Positions 38,946-48,047 are shown, numbered from the stretch's first letter. The stretch: DNA of 64,000 bases from Deltaproteobacteria bacterium (GCA_033763315.1 JANRKS010000005.1:160001-224000), one strand, 5' to 3'. Translations and numbers: made by a program. The notes: generated by a model not told the origin, from the sequence alone.

Positions 38946-39857
38946 ATGACAATGCCTCGTCGGATCGTTCGCGGTTTCACCTATCTCATCACGCGTCGAT
39001 GCACTCAAAGAGAGTTTCTGCTTCGGCCGGGAGAGGAGACGAACAACGCCTTCATCTATTGTCTCGCGCTCGCGGCACAGCTATGCGGTATAGACATTCA
39101 CGCTTTCGTTGCGAGCAGCAATCACTACCATTCCGTCATCACTGATCGCGAAGGTCGCTTGCCTGAATTTCTTGAATATTTCCACAAGCTCATGGCGAAA
39201 CACCAGAACGCCTTGCTCGATCGCTCTGAGAATATGTGGAGCTCCGAACGGACGTCCGTTGTGCGATTGGTATCAACGGAGGATGCCTTGGCAAAGCTCG
39301 TTTACACGCTGACCAACCCTGTGAAGGATCAGTTGGTCGAGAAGGCACACCACTGGCCCGGCGCAATCTCCTATCACGCGTGCTTGCATGGCAAAGTACT
39401 TCGCGCGACAAAACCCAAACGCTTTTTTCGCGCTGGCGGTCATCTGAAACAGGAAGTGCAGCTCGTGTGTGTGCCTTTGCCTGGCTACGAGGACGACGTC
39501 GAAGGGTACCGTCGCAAGCTGGCGCAGGAAATCGAGGCTGTGGAGCTGGCTGCTGCGCAACAACGCGCAAGGGATGGCAGCCGTGTGATAGGCCGCAGAA
39601 CGATCCTTACACAACGTCCCACGGATCGGCCTTCGTCGCGGCCGCTGAAGAAAGGCTTCAAGCCACAAATTGCAGCGCAGGACCCAACGCTAAGGGACCA
39701 GGCTCTTCATGAGCTGCGGCAGTTTCGCTGCACCTACGAAGTTGCTCGCCGGCAGTGGCTGGTAGATAAGGCTCATGCACTGCCATTGGGCACTTGGTGG
39801 TTGGCCCGCTTCGCTGGAGCGAAGACGGAACCGGGCCCGCTTGTCAGCGACGGATGA
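38946..39857 (+). mobile_element. REP-associated tyrosine transposase-like HUH endonuclease (RAYT / Y1 transposase)
   Basis: YLITRRCTQREFLLRP, SNHYH (HUH), ENMWS, catalytic YTLTNPVK, HWPG; no terminal inverted repeats or tnpB seen. Confidence 0.85.
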
Positions 39858-39869
39858 TCTGGTTGCGGC

Positions 39870-40625
39870 TCAGGCCAGTCCAGTAGGGGCTGAAGCCGCC
39901 GGGAACACACAGTTTCGACCGGCCTGTTTCGCGCCGTAAAGCGCCTTGTCTGCGGCGGCTATGAGCGTCTCCGGCGTTAATTGACCGTTTTGCCATTGTG
40001 CAACGCCGAACGAGGCTGTAACGGCCAACGGGCCCACATCCGAGGTTACTGCGAGTGACGCCATTGCTGCGCGCAGGCGTTCCGCCCAGCGTACGGCGTC
40101 CTCGGCACCCGTGTGCGGCAGCAAGACAAGAAACTCCTCTCCACCAAAGCGCGCCACGAAGTCGCCTTTGCGCTTGTGGCGCTCCAATGCTTGCGCCACA
40201 AATTTCAGGACTTGGTCGCCGACAGGGTGTCCGTGTTGGTCATTGATCGTCTTGAAATGATCGAGGTCAACCATCACAAGTGAAAGCGGCGTCTTGTAGC
40301 GTGCGCTGCGGGCGATCTCCTTACCCAACTCGGCGTCAAGTGCCCTTCGATTCGCAACCTGGGTCAGTGAATCCGTCAGCGTTTGAAGTTTTAGTTGTTC
40401 GGATAGGGTTCGCAGCTCGGCGTTGCGGTCGGCGAGCATGTCTTCTCGCCGTCCAATCATCCAGCCAGCGACGGCCAAGAACAACATTCCTCCCGATGCC
40501 ATCACTGCGAAAAGCAACCTGGGATCGGGTGGTCCCCCGCGGACGAGCGTGTAAGCAAACATGCCCGCAGGCGCTAGCAAACCAACCACGGCTCCGACGA
40601 GCGCGAACTCTTGTGCGTATGTCAA
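39870..40625 (-). CDS. Membrane-anchored diguanylate cyclase (GGDEF)
   Basis: Two TM helices; DSLTQVANRR, DLDHFKTIND.HGH.VGD, RFGGEEF and ADKALYGAKQAGRN. Confidence 0.92.
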   Translation of the reverse strand: MTYAQEFALVGAVVGLLAPAGMFAYTLVRGGPPDPRLLFAVMASGGMLFLAVAGWMIGRREDMLADRNAELRTLSEQLKLQTLTDSLTQVANRRALDAELGKEIARSARYKTPLSLVMVDLDHFKTINDQHGHPVGDQVLKFVAQALERHKRKGDFVARFGGEEFLVLLPHTGAEDAVRWAERLRAAMASLAVTSDVGPLAVTASFGVAQWQNGQLTPETLIAAADKALYGAKQAGRNCVFPAASAPTGLA

Positions 40626-40642
40626 TGCGGCCTATTTACGAT

Positions 40643-42040
40643 TCAATCCGGTTTGTTGGCAGACACTGCGGGCGCGCCACTTTTCGGCGCCTCTTGGTAC
40701 TCGTGAAGTTTGTATTGCACCTTGCGCACCGAAATGCCCAAGACGTCCGCCGCCTTGCTGGTGGATCCCCCGGTAAGTTCGAGGGTTTTGCGAATGGCGT
40801 AGTTTTCGATCTCCTCCAATGTGGAACCTGGGATTTGAATTCCCCGGCTCTCTTTGGGACGTAAGTGAGGAGGCAGCTCAGACACGCCGACCCGGCGCCC
40901 GTTGCACATGACGACCGCCCTTTCGATCGTATTTTCCAGTTCGCGCACGTTGCCGGGCCATTGGTAGTTGGCGAGAAACTCTAAGGCATCGTCCGTAAAG
41001 CCTTCGATTGTACGATCGCCTACGCGTTCGTTCTCGGCGGCGTATTTACGCAGAAAGTACGAAGCCAGAAGCGGTACGTCCGAAGGGCGAGACCGCAGCG
41101 GTGGCATTTCCATATTGATGACATTGAGGCGGTAATAAAGGTCTTCTCTGAAACGCCCGGCAGCGACCTCGGCTTTCAAGTCCCTGTTGGTCGCCGCAAT
41201 CACCCGAACATCCACCCGCACTGTTTCGTTGCCACCCACTCGCTCAAACTCGTGCTCCTGAAGAAAGCGCAGCAACTTAACCTGGGTTGCAGGCGAGATT
41301 TCCCCAATCTCGTCTAGGAACAAGGTGCCCTTGTGGGCTTGCATGAACCTTCCATCACGTCGGCCGGCGGCTCCGGTGAACGATCCTCGCTCATGTCCGA
41401 ACAGCTCGCTTTCCAAAATTGTCTCGGCCAAAGCCGCACAGTGCAGCTTAACGAACGGGCCCGTCGCCCGGGGGCTGCGCTGGTGGATCGCGGCCGCAAT
41501 CAATTCTTTCCCAGTCCCAGATTCGCCCGTGATCAGGACCGAAGCGCGGGAAGTCGCAACCTGCGAAATCACTTTGAAAATCTCCTGCATGACGGGCGCG
41601 CTGCCGATGATGTTCTCGAACTTATAGCGTTCGGCCAGGCGAGCCTTAAGTTGCCCAGACTCCTTACGCAGGCGTAGATGTTCAAGCTCTCGGTTTAGGA
41701 CCAGCAACAGCTCGTTCATGTTGATTGGTTTGGTGAGGTAGTCCGCGGCGCCATTACGCATAGCTGTCACCGCCGTCTCGACGGCGCCGAAGGCAGTCAT
41801 CACCACAACAACGGCGTCTTCATCAGATTCGCGAACCCGCCGCAGGAGCTCAAGACCGTCCATGCCGGGCATCTTCAAGTCGGTGAGGACGAGGTCCGGC
41901 GTGAAGTCGGACATTTTGCCTAAGGCTTTGAAGCCGTCTGCCGCGGTTTCAACGGCGTAACCCTCCTCCTTAAGGAGCTCGAACAGCGCATTTCGGGCGT
42001 TGGCTTCATCGTCGACAACAAGGATTCTGGCGCGTTGCAT
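40643..42040 (-). CDS. sigma54-dependent NtrC-family response regulator (NmpR-like)
   Basis: Receiver domain; GESGTGKE, ESELFGHERGSFTGA, LFLDEIGE, FREDLYYRLNV, WPGNVRELEN; Fis-type HTH. Confidence 0.93.
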   Translation of the reverse strand: MQRARILVVDDEANARNALFELLKEEGYAVETAADGFKALGKMSDFTPDLVLTDLKMPGMDGLELLRRVRESDEDAVVVVMTAFGAVETAVTAMRNGAADYLTKPINMNELLLVLNRELEHLRLRKESGQLKARLAERYKFENIIGSAPVMQEIFKVISQVATSRASVLITGESGTGKELIAAAIHQRSPRATGPFVKLHCAALAETILESELFGHERGSFTGAAGRRDGRFMQAHKGTLFLDEIGEISPATQVKLLRFLQEHEFERVGGNETVRVDVRVIAATNRDLKAEVAAGRFREDLYYRLNVINMEMPPLRSRPSDVPLLASYFLRKYAAENERVGDRTIEGFTDDALEFLANYQWPGNVRELENTIERAVVMCNGRRVGVSELPPHLRPKESRGIQIPGSTLEEIENYAIRKTLELTGGSTSKAADVLGISVRKVQYKLHEYQEAPKSGAPAVSANKPD

Positions 42041-42113
42041 GGGGGCTCTCCGTTCTTCCGCCCGGCGTTCGGGCTCCGAAAATCAACCTGGGTCGTATTC
42101 GCCCAACCGCTCG

Positions 42114-42158
42114 GCGCACAAATGGCGCGAGCCAATACGTTGGGCGCAAAAAATTCAC
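42114..42158. promoter_or_regulatory. Tandem enhancer-binding-protein sites upstream of the NtrC-family gene
   Basis: GCGCA-CAAAT-GGCGC (42114) and GCGCA-AAAAA-TTCAC (42144), 30 bp apart. Confidence 0.55.
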
Positions 42159-42823
42159 GTTTTGGCAAACGGCTTTGCGGCCGAGAAGTGGTAGTTCATG
42201 CGGTGATCCAGCGCCGCCAGTATCTTCTCAAGCCGCTGCGTGGGCCTACGGGTCTCGAGCAGACTCTGTTGTTCACGGAGTGATAGCACCGCTGAACAAG
42301 CCATCAGACTGGCGACGCGGGTCTCTATTGAGTCGGCTTTTGCGAGCCCGCTCAGGGCGGTGGTCGCGATCTCACACCCTGGATGGCGCCGCTTCAGTTC
42401 AATCAGGCGAAGCTGCGCCTCTAGAACTAGATTTTCTAGGTCCTCTGGTCGGTCAAGATCATCGGATAGCCCCTCAACACGTGCCAATCGAAACGGATCC
42501 TCGCGCAGGAATTGCCCCACAGTTACGCGACCTTGGGTCCACAATTCGGTTAACCACAGCCCGGTGTTATGCGGTTGAAGATGCAACACTTCCGCGAGGA
42601 CTCCTGTCGAGAACAATGGGGCTGCGGAGGGCTTCCCAGGTTGCTCATCGGAGCAACATATGGCGAGCAAGGGCTTACCTGTTGAGCGCCGCGCCTCCCG
42701 AACGGCACCGAACGATTTGAGGTTCGCCAACAACAACGTGCAACGCATGCCTGGAAAAAGCACGGTGCGCGCCAGCCCAACCACCGGGAGGATCTCGTCA
42801 ATGTTTTGGGTTGAGCTTTGCAT
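42155..42823 (-). CDS. Stand-alone Lon N-terminal substrate-binding domain protein
   Basis: LPVVGLARTVLFPG...TGVLAEV...QGRV...EQQSLLETRRPTQRLEKI; no ATPase or protease domain. Confidence 0.75.
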   Translation of the reverse strand: MQSSTQNIDEILPVVGLARTVLFPGMRCTLLLANLKSFGAVREARRSTGKPLLAICCSDEQPGKPSAAPLFSTGVLAEVLHLQPHNTGLWLTELWTQGRVTVGQFLREDPFRLARVEGLSDDLDRPEDLENLVLEAQLRLIELKRRHPGCEIATTALSGLAKADSIETRVASLMACSAVLSLREQQSLLETRRPTQRLEKILAALDHRMNYHFSAAKPFAKT

Positions 42824-42863
42824 GTTGATCCCTTAACCGTGGCGTTCCCACTTGCACCACCAA

Positions 42864-42879
42864 AGCAAAAGCCGTGCCC
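42864..42879 (-). promoter_or_regulatory. sigma54 promoter for the Lon-N gene
   Basis: Minus strand GGGCACGGCTTTTGCT, near-consensus GGCACG-N4-TTGC. Confidence 0.6.
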
Positions 42880-44460
42880 CTAAACTCTGACCGCACTTCC
42901 TCCCGCGAGACGGGCGACCTTATCGAGCGCCTCCGAGCTGATCCACTCGTGTCCCAGGTTGCAGGATCTGCTCAACTCATCACCACTCACATGTCCTGGG
43001 TGCTGGTGGGACCGACCCGGGTTGTTAAGTTGAAGCGACCGGTGCGGTTTGAGTTCGCTGACTTTTCGAGCTTGGCGAAGCGGAAGGCGGCATGTGAGGA
43101 GGAGGTTCGGCTCAACAGGCGGTTGGCTCCCTCTGTATACGAAGGAGTGGTGAGCGTCGGCTTCGTGGACGGCCAGGTGGCGCTGGGACCGTCCAGTGAC
43201 GTGATTGATTATGCCGTCGTCATGCGACGACTAGATGAGTCCGATGAGGCGTCGTATCTGCTCCGAACGGGAGGTCTGCAGATTCTGCACCTAGCTGCCT
43301 TGGCCGATTGTCTAGCGCGTTTCTACCGAAGTGCGGAGCGATGCGACGAAAGCGGCAATCCCGAGGTCGTCGGGCGGCTCATCGAGCGCAATTTCGCCGA
43401 GATCGAGCACTTGAAACTCGAAGGGATAACATCCTCCCAGGTTGCAAATCTAAAGGCATTCGCACAGACCCTGGTCATCAGACTACGCGACCGCCTTGGC
43501 CGCCGGCAGGCGGTGGGGGCCATCCGGGACGGTCACGGCGACCTAAGGCTTGAGCATGTGTTCTTCCCAGGTTCGAATGCAGCCCCCCTAGTTATAGACA
43601 CAGTGGAATATGAGCCTGCGTTTCGCAGGGGCGACGTCGCGCTAGACGCCGCGTTTTTCGCCATGGAGCTCCGTTCTTCAGGACGGCGGGACCTGGAAGC
43701 GGCCTTCTGGTCCCATTTTGCCCGCTCGATGTCGGACTACACCTTCTTCCCCCTCATCGACCTTTACGTCCTGTATCGGGCGGCCGTTCGGGCAAAGGTC
43801 GCGGCGCTGATGGCCCAATCTCCTGACACCCCCGGGGACGTGGCTCGTGCCAAACAGGCGGAATGCGAATCCCTGTGGCGGCTGGCCGAGAGTGCGGTGG
43901 CCGCGGGCGAGGAGGGAGGCGCCGTCGTTTGTGTTGGCGGGTTGGTGGGCGCCGGCAAAAGCGTTGTTGCAGAAAAATTGGTTCCCAGGTTGCGCGGCCC
44001 GGTCATCTCGTCCGATTACATGCGCAAGGGCTTGGCGGGTTTAAGCCCCACAGACCGCGCTTGCGACGCGTACTACGACGAGGCATTCAACCGCCGAACT
44101 TTGACAGCGCTACTTGCGGCGAGCCGCGACGTGCTGACGAGCGGGCGGGTCGTGATTGTAGACGCGACTTTCCGCCGCTCGTCGTGGCGCCAGGCCTTTG
44201 TTGCGCTTGCCGACGAGCACAAAGTGCCATTTGTCTTTATTGAGGCACGATGCCGAGAGGAAGTTCTCCGGGAACGCCTTCGTGAACGGCAGCGGACTCT
44301 TTCGGTCTCGGACGCTCGCGAATCGACTCTGTCCCAGGTTGCTGCCGAGTTCGAGCCGCTCACAGATCTAGCGGGGCGGCAGCGTTTCGAGGTCGACACC
44401 GAGCAGCCCGTCGGGCCGGCGCTTGACCGCATCGCCGCGAAAATACACGTCCCAGGTTGA
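42874..44460 (+). CDS. Aminoglycoside-phosphotransferase-like / AAA_33 fusion (Rv2004c/COG2187 type)
   Basis: THMSWV, KLKRPV, CEEEVRLNRRLAP, DGHGDLRLEH, then P-loop GLVGAGKS, SDYMRK and DATF; start uncertain. Confidence 0.85.
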   Translation: MPLNSDRTSSRETGDLIERLRADPLVSQVAGSAQLITTHMSWVLVGPTRVVKLKRPVRFEFADFSSLAKRKAACEEEVRLNRRLAPSVYEGVVSVGFVDGQVALGPSSDVIDYAVVMRRLDESDEASYLLRTGGLQILHLAALADCLARFYRSAERCDESGNPEVVGRLIERNFAEIEHLKLEGITSSQVANLKAFAQTLVIRLRDRLGRRQAVGAIRDGHGDLRLEHVFFPGSNAAPLVIDTVEYEPAFRRGDVALDAAFFAMELRSSGRRDLEAAFWSHFARSMSDYTFFPLIDLYVLYRAAVRAKVAALMAQSPDTPGDVARAKQAECESLWRLAESAVAAGEEGGAVVCVGGLVGAGKSVVAEKLVPRLRGPVISSDYMRKGLAGLSPTDRACDAYYDEAFNRRTLTALLAASRDVLTSGRVVIVDATFRRSSWRQAFVALADEHKVPFVFIEARCREEVLRERLRERQRTLSVSDARESTLSQVAAEFEPLTDLAGRQRFEVDTEQPVGPALDRIAAKIHVPG

Positions 44461-44553
44461 TGAAGTGGCCTACGCCACAGGCTTCTGCGCATGTCCCAGG
44501 TTGCGTGAACGAGCTCTTTCCAAACGGCCGCATCTGGCATTTACTCTGGCGCC

Positions 44554-47091
44554 ATGTTCAGGAAGCGCAGTTTTGTCACGTTGTCGGTGGTCATGGCTTT
44601 AGAGCTGGGGGCCCCAGGGGCGGGCGCCCAGGAAGCCGATCTGCGGGGCGCGGCCCCGCCTCCGTCCGGCATTTGGCTCGAGCAACTCGATCTTTCGGGG
44701 ATGACGGCGGGCTTCGGCGAGCCGGTCCCCCGTGCCGCCGTCTCGGGCAACCCCATCAGCATTGGCGGCGTCGCGTTCACCCATGGTGTGGGCACCCACG
44801 CCGACGGCGAGATCACGTTCGAGCTCGATGGAAAGGCGGAGCGCTTCATGGCCGAGGTGGGCGTGGATGACGATCTCAGCTGCCTAGACTCAATGGGCGC
44901 TCCAAAGCTCGCTGCTGTGAAATTCAAGGTCTACGTTGACGGCAAGTTGGCCGCTGACAGCGGCGTGATGAAGCACGGCCAGGCCCCGAAGCGCCTCTCC
45001 GTTGACCTCAAGGGCAGAAAGAAACTGCGCCTCGAGCTCAAAAAAGAACCCGGAGCTCGCTTCAATCACGCAACCTGGGGCGGTGCCGCCATCACCTTGG
45101 GCGAAGGCGCGGCGACCCCTCGAGCCGTGGGCTCGAAAGCCACAGCCACAGCCCGCGCCTCTCTCTCGAGGGACGAAGCGGCGCTTCTTCGCAGCAAGAC
45201 CCCGACCAAGAACGTGTTCTTCTTGCAGTCACTTGACCTCACCAAGGCGCGCTTTGCCTCGCCCAAGAGCATCGCCGGGGGCAAAACGCCGGGGGGAACA
45301 CCTCTGCTGCTTGACGGTGAAACCTACCCGGCCGGCTTCTCGGTCGATGGTGACAGCGAAATTGTTCTCGATCTCGCCGGCGGTGCGAAACGTTTCGTGG
45401 CCCGGGTTGGCATCGACGGCGCCCGATCGTGCGAAAAAGTCATGAACGGGGGTGCCTCGCGTGCTGAGGTTTGGGCCGACGCGAAGAAGATCTTCGATTC
45501 GGGCACGATCCATGGCTACAACAAACCGATCGACATTTCCTTGGATGTCACGGGCGTAAAGACACTGCTCGTGGCCTCTCGCCTCGTCGAAGGCGCGTCC
45601 GTACCAACAACCTGGGCAGGTGCCGCGCTCATCCTCGACCCCGCAAAGAAGGCAACGCCCAAGCTTGTGCAGCTGCCTGAGCCGCCGCGTCCCGCCGTCG
45701 CGCGCTCGCGGCCCAACGAACTTGGGATTCACGGCCCCGGCATCACAGGTGGATCACCCGGCAAGCCGTTTTTGTTCCGCATCCCTGCCACGGGCAAAAA
45801 GCCGCTCAGCTACGCGGCCGCGGGGTTGCCGGCGGGCCTTGAACTCAACACGTCCACAGGCGTGATCGCCGGCAAGCCTGCGAAAGCCGGCTCCCACTTG
45901 GTCACGCTGACCGTTAAAGACTCGTTGGGCGCCGAAACCACCCGACCGTTTAAGATCGAAATCGGCAGCAACAAACTGGCCCTGACTCCACCCATGGGTT
46001 GGAACTCCTGGAACGTGTGGGGCTTGGACGTCAGCGACCAAAACATTCGCCGCGCCGCTGATTCGTTGATCACATCAGGCCTGGCCGATCACGGTTTCGC
46101 CTTCATCAACATCGACGACGCGTGGGAAGGCAAACGCAACGCAAAAGGCGAAATCGAGCCCAACGAAAAGTTTCCGAACATGGTGGCGCTCTCAGAATAC
46201 GTGCATGGCAAAGGCTTGAAGATGGGCATCTATTCATCACCCGGCCCCAAGACGTGCGGCATGTACGAAGGCAGTTATCGACACGAAAAGCAAGACGCGC
46301 AGACCTACGCAAAGTGGGGTGTCGATCTGTTGAAATACGATTGGTGCTCATACGGCGGCGTCGCGAAGGGCAGCAGCCGCGAAGAGCTGATGAAGCCTTA
46401 CATTCTCATGGGCAAAGCCCTGCGCAGCACCTCGCGCGATGTGGTTTACAGCCTGTGCCAGTACGGTATGGGCAACGTTTGGGAGTGGGGCCGCAAAGTG
46501 GGCGGCCACTACTGGCGCACCACGGGCGACATTGTGGACACGTGGAGCAGCGTCGATTCAATCGGCTTTGGGCAAGCGGGCAAAGACAGCTTCGCCGGCC
46601 CCGGCGGCTGGAACGATCCCGATATGTTGGTGCTGGGCAAAGTTGGCTGGAGCAAGAAGCTGCGCGACACGCGCTTAACGCCCGCAGAACAAGTGACGCA
46701 CATGACGTTGTGGAGTTTGCTCGCGTCGCCGCTTCTCATCGGCGCCGATCTCGATCAACTAGACCCATGGACGTTGGATCTGCTGACCAACGATGAAGTG
46801 ATCGCCGTCAATCAAGACGAATTGGGTCGCGCTGCCGCGCGTGTTGTGGATGACGCGGGCTCCGAGGTTTGGACACGCCCGTTGGCCGATGGAAGCTTGG
46901 CTGTGGGTGTTTTCAACCGCGGCCCCGTGGGCACGAACGTGAAAGTGGATCTGGGCAAGCTGGGGCGCGCCGGTAAACAGAACGTGCGTGATCTGTGGCA
47001 GCGCCAAGATCTGGGCGCGCGCGAAGGTGCTTTTGATGTTGACGTGATCTCTCACGGCGCCGTTTTATTCAAAGTTGCGGCTGCAAAATAA
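44554..47091 (+). CDS. Secreted alpha-galactosidase (GH27) with two NPCBM domains and an Ig-like (He_PIG) domain
   Basis: HGVGTHA NPCBM; GLPAGLELNTSTGVIAG; LALTPPMGWNSWN, NIDDAW, LKYDWC, WRTTGDI and WNDPDML. Confidence 0.9.
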   Translation: MFRKRSFVTLSVVMALELGAPGAGAQEADLRGAAPPPSGIWLEQLDLSGMTAGFGEPVPRAAVSGNPISIGGVAFTHGVGTHADGEITFELDGKAERFMAEVGVDDDLSCLDSMGAPKLAAVKFKVYVDGKLAADSGVMKHGQAPKRLSVDLKGRKKLRLELKKEPGARFNHATWGGAAITLGEGAATPRAVGSKATATARASLSRDEAALLRSKTPTKNVFFLQSLDLTKARFASPKSIAGGKTPGGTPLLLDGETYPAGFSVDGDSEIVLDLAGGAKRFVARVGIDGARSCEKVMNGGASRAEVWADAKKIFDSGTIHGYNKPIDISLDVTGVKTLLVASRLVEGASVPTTWAGAALILDPAKKATPKLVQLPEPPRPAVARSRPNELGIHGPGITGGSPGKPFLFRIPATGKKPLSYAAAGLPAGLELNTSTGVIAGKPAKAGSHLVTLTVKDSLGAETTRPFKIEIGSNKLALTPPMGWNSWNVWGLDVSDQNIRRAADSLITSGLADHGFAFINIDDAWEGKRNAKGEIEPNEKFPNMVALSEYVHGKGLKMGIYSSPGPKTCGMYEGSYRHEKQDAQTYAKWGVDLLKYDWCSYGGVAKGSSREELMKPYILMGKALRSTSRDVVYSLCQYGMGNVWEWGRKVGGHYWRTTGDIVDTWSSVDSIGFGQAGKDSFAGPGGWNDPDMLVLGKVGWSKKLRDTRLTPAEQVTHMTLWSLLASPLLIGADLDQLDPWTLDLLTNDEVIAVNQDELGRAAARVVDDAGSEVWTRPLADGSLAVGVFNRGPVGTNVKVDLGKLGRAGKQNVRDLWQRQDLGAREGAFDVDVISHGAVLFKVAAAK

Positions 47092-47877
47092 ATGTCTTAT
47101 CTGCCGTTTGATTGGTACGAAACGCCGCTTTACTACGACATTGTCTTCGATGAAGACACGCGTAAAGAAGTGGCGTTTCTTGAGGCTTTGCACAAACGCC
47201 ACGTGCGCAAACCCACGCACCGGCTGCTTGAGCCTGCGTGTGGCTCGGGGCGCTTGATGGCCACCTTGGCCAAGCGTGGCTTCACGGTCTATGGCTTTGA
47301 CGCCAGCGCCGGCATGTTGGCCTTTGCGCGCAAGCGCACGCAACGCCTTGGCAAGCGCGTGCACTTGTCACAGCAGAGCATGCAAAGCTTTGCTTACAAA
47401 CACAGCTTCGACATGGCGTTTTGCCTGGTCAGCACGTTTAAGTACCTGCTGACCGAGGCAGACGCTGTAAACCACTTGCGTCGCGTGGCCGAGGTATTGC
47501 GGCCCGGTGGCATCTACGCGCTGGGCTTTCATCTTACGCACTACAACCGCACCAGCGCCGAGCGCGAACGTTGGGTGCAAAGCCGAGGCAAGCTCACCGT
47601 CACGTGCAACATCCAGATCTGGCCGCCCGATCGCCGCACGCGCCTTGAACGCGCGCGCTCGCGTTTGTTGGTCTCCGGCTTAGCGGAGGGTGATCGCAAA
47701 TACGAAACAAACTGGCACTTTCGCACGTACAGCAAGGCGCAGTTCTTCGATTTGCTGGCCAAGGTGCCTGAGCTCGAACACATCGACACGCACGACTTTT
47801 TGTACGATCCCGATTACCACCCGGTGTTTGGGGAAGAGCGCGCGGATGTGATTGCGGTGCTGCGCAAACGCGGCTAG
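47092..47877 (+). CDS. Class I SAM-dependent methyltransferase
   Basis: LLEPACGSGR motif I, GFDAS, LRPGG. Confidence 0.88.
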   Translation: MSYLPFDWYETPLYYDIVFDEDTRKEVAFLEALHKRHVRKPTHRLLEPACGSGRLMATLAKRGFTVYGFDASAGMLAFARKRTQRLGKRVHLSQQSMQSFAYKHSFDMAFCLVSTFKYLLTEADAVNHLRRVAEVLRPGGIYALGFHLTHYNRTSAERERWVQSRGKLTVTCNIQIWPPDRRTRLERARSRLLVSGLAEGDRKYETNWHFRTYSKAQFFDLLAKVPELEHIDTHDFLYDPDYHPVFGEERADVIAVLRKRG

Positions 47878-47917
47878 CGCACGAAGCCACGCGCTGCAGA
47901 ACCGCCCCTGGCCGTTC

Positions 47918-47962
47918 GCGCAAGCCTTTCATCGCCTCAACACCCGAGCGCAGATGGTGCGG
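47918..47962. promoter_or_regulatory. Tandem enhancer-binding-protein sites upstream of the single-domain USP gene
   Basis: GCGCA-AGCCT-TTCAT (47918) and GCGCA-GATGG-TGCGG (47948), 30 bp apart. Confidence 0.55.
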
Positions 47963-47994
47963 TGAAATCAACCTGGGACAAGCGCTGGTACCCT

Positions 47995-48010
47995 GGGAAC
48001 AGACATTGCA
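47995..48010 (+). promoter_or_regulatory. sigma54-like promoter for the USP gene
   Basis: GGGAACAGACATTGCA (GG-N10-GC, with TTGC). Confidence 0.5.
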
Positions 48011-48047
48011 AATAGCTTCGCACCAGAGCTCAGGTGGGCTCGCCGCC

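Larger units (their letters stand above)
38298..47977. repeat. Dispersed short repeat CCCAGGTT (consensus TCCCAGGTTGC), 19 copies clustered around the RAYT gene
   Basis: CCCAGGTT at 38298, 38884, 42635, 42953, 43436, 43566, 43984, 44333, 44451, 44495; AACCTGGG at 38769, 40356, 40516, 40825, 41279, 42085, 45072, 45609, 47970 (by-eye scan). Confidence 0.9.

Noticed and set aside
38860-39870. Classical IS element or IS200/IS605 with tnpB
   Set aside because: No terminal inverted repeats with target duplication, no tnpB and no clear subterminal hairpins; protein length and motifs fit the RAYT-like class better.
42839-42856. Plus-strand sigma54 promoter TGGCGTTCCCACTTGC for the Rv2004c-like gene
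   Set aside because: GG-to-GC spacing is 11 nt rather than the required 10.
38298-47977. CCCAGGTT as a peptide repeat, codon-bias artefact or classical GTAG-type REP
   Set aside because: It occurs in five reading frames, on both strands and in intergenic DNA; it is not palindromic and no conserved hairpin or GTAG tetranucleotide accompanies it.
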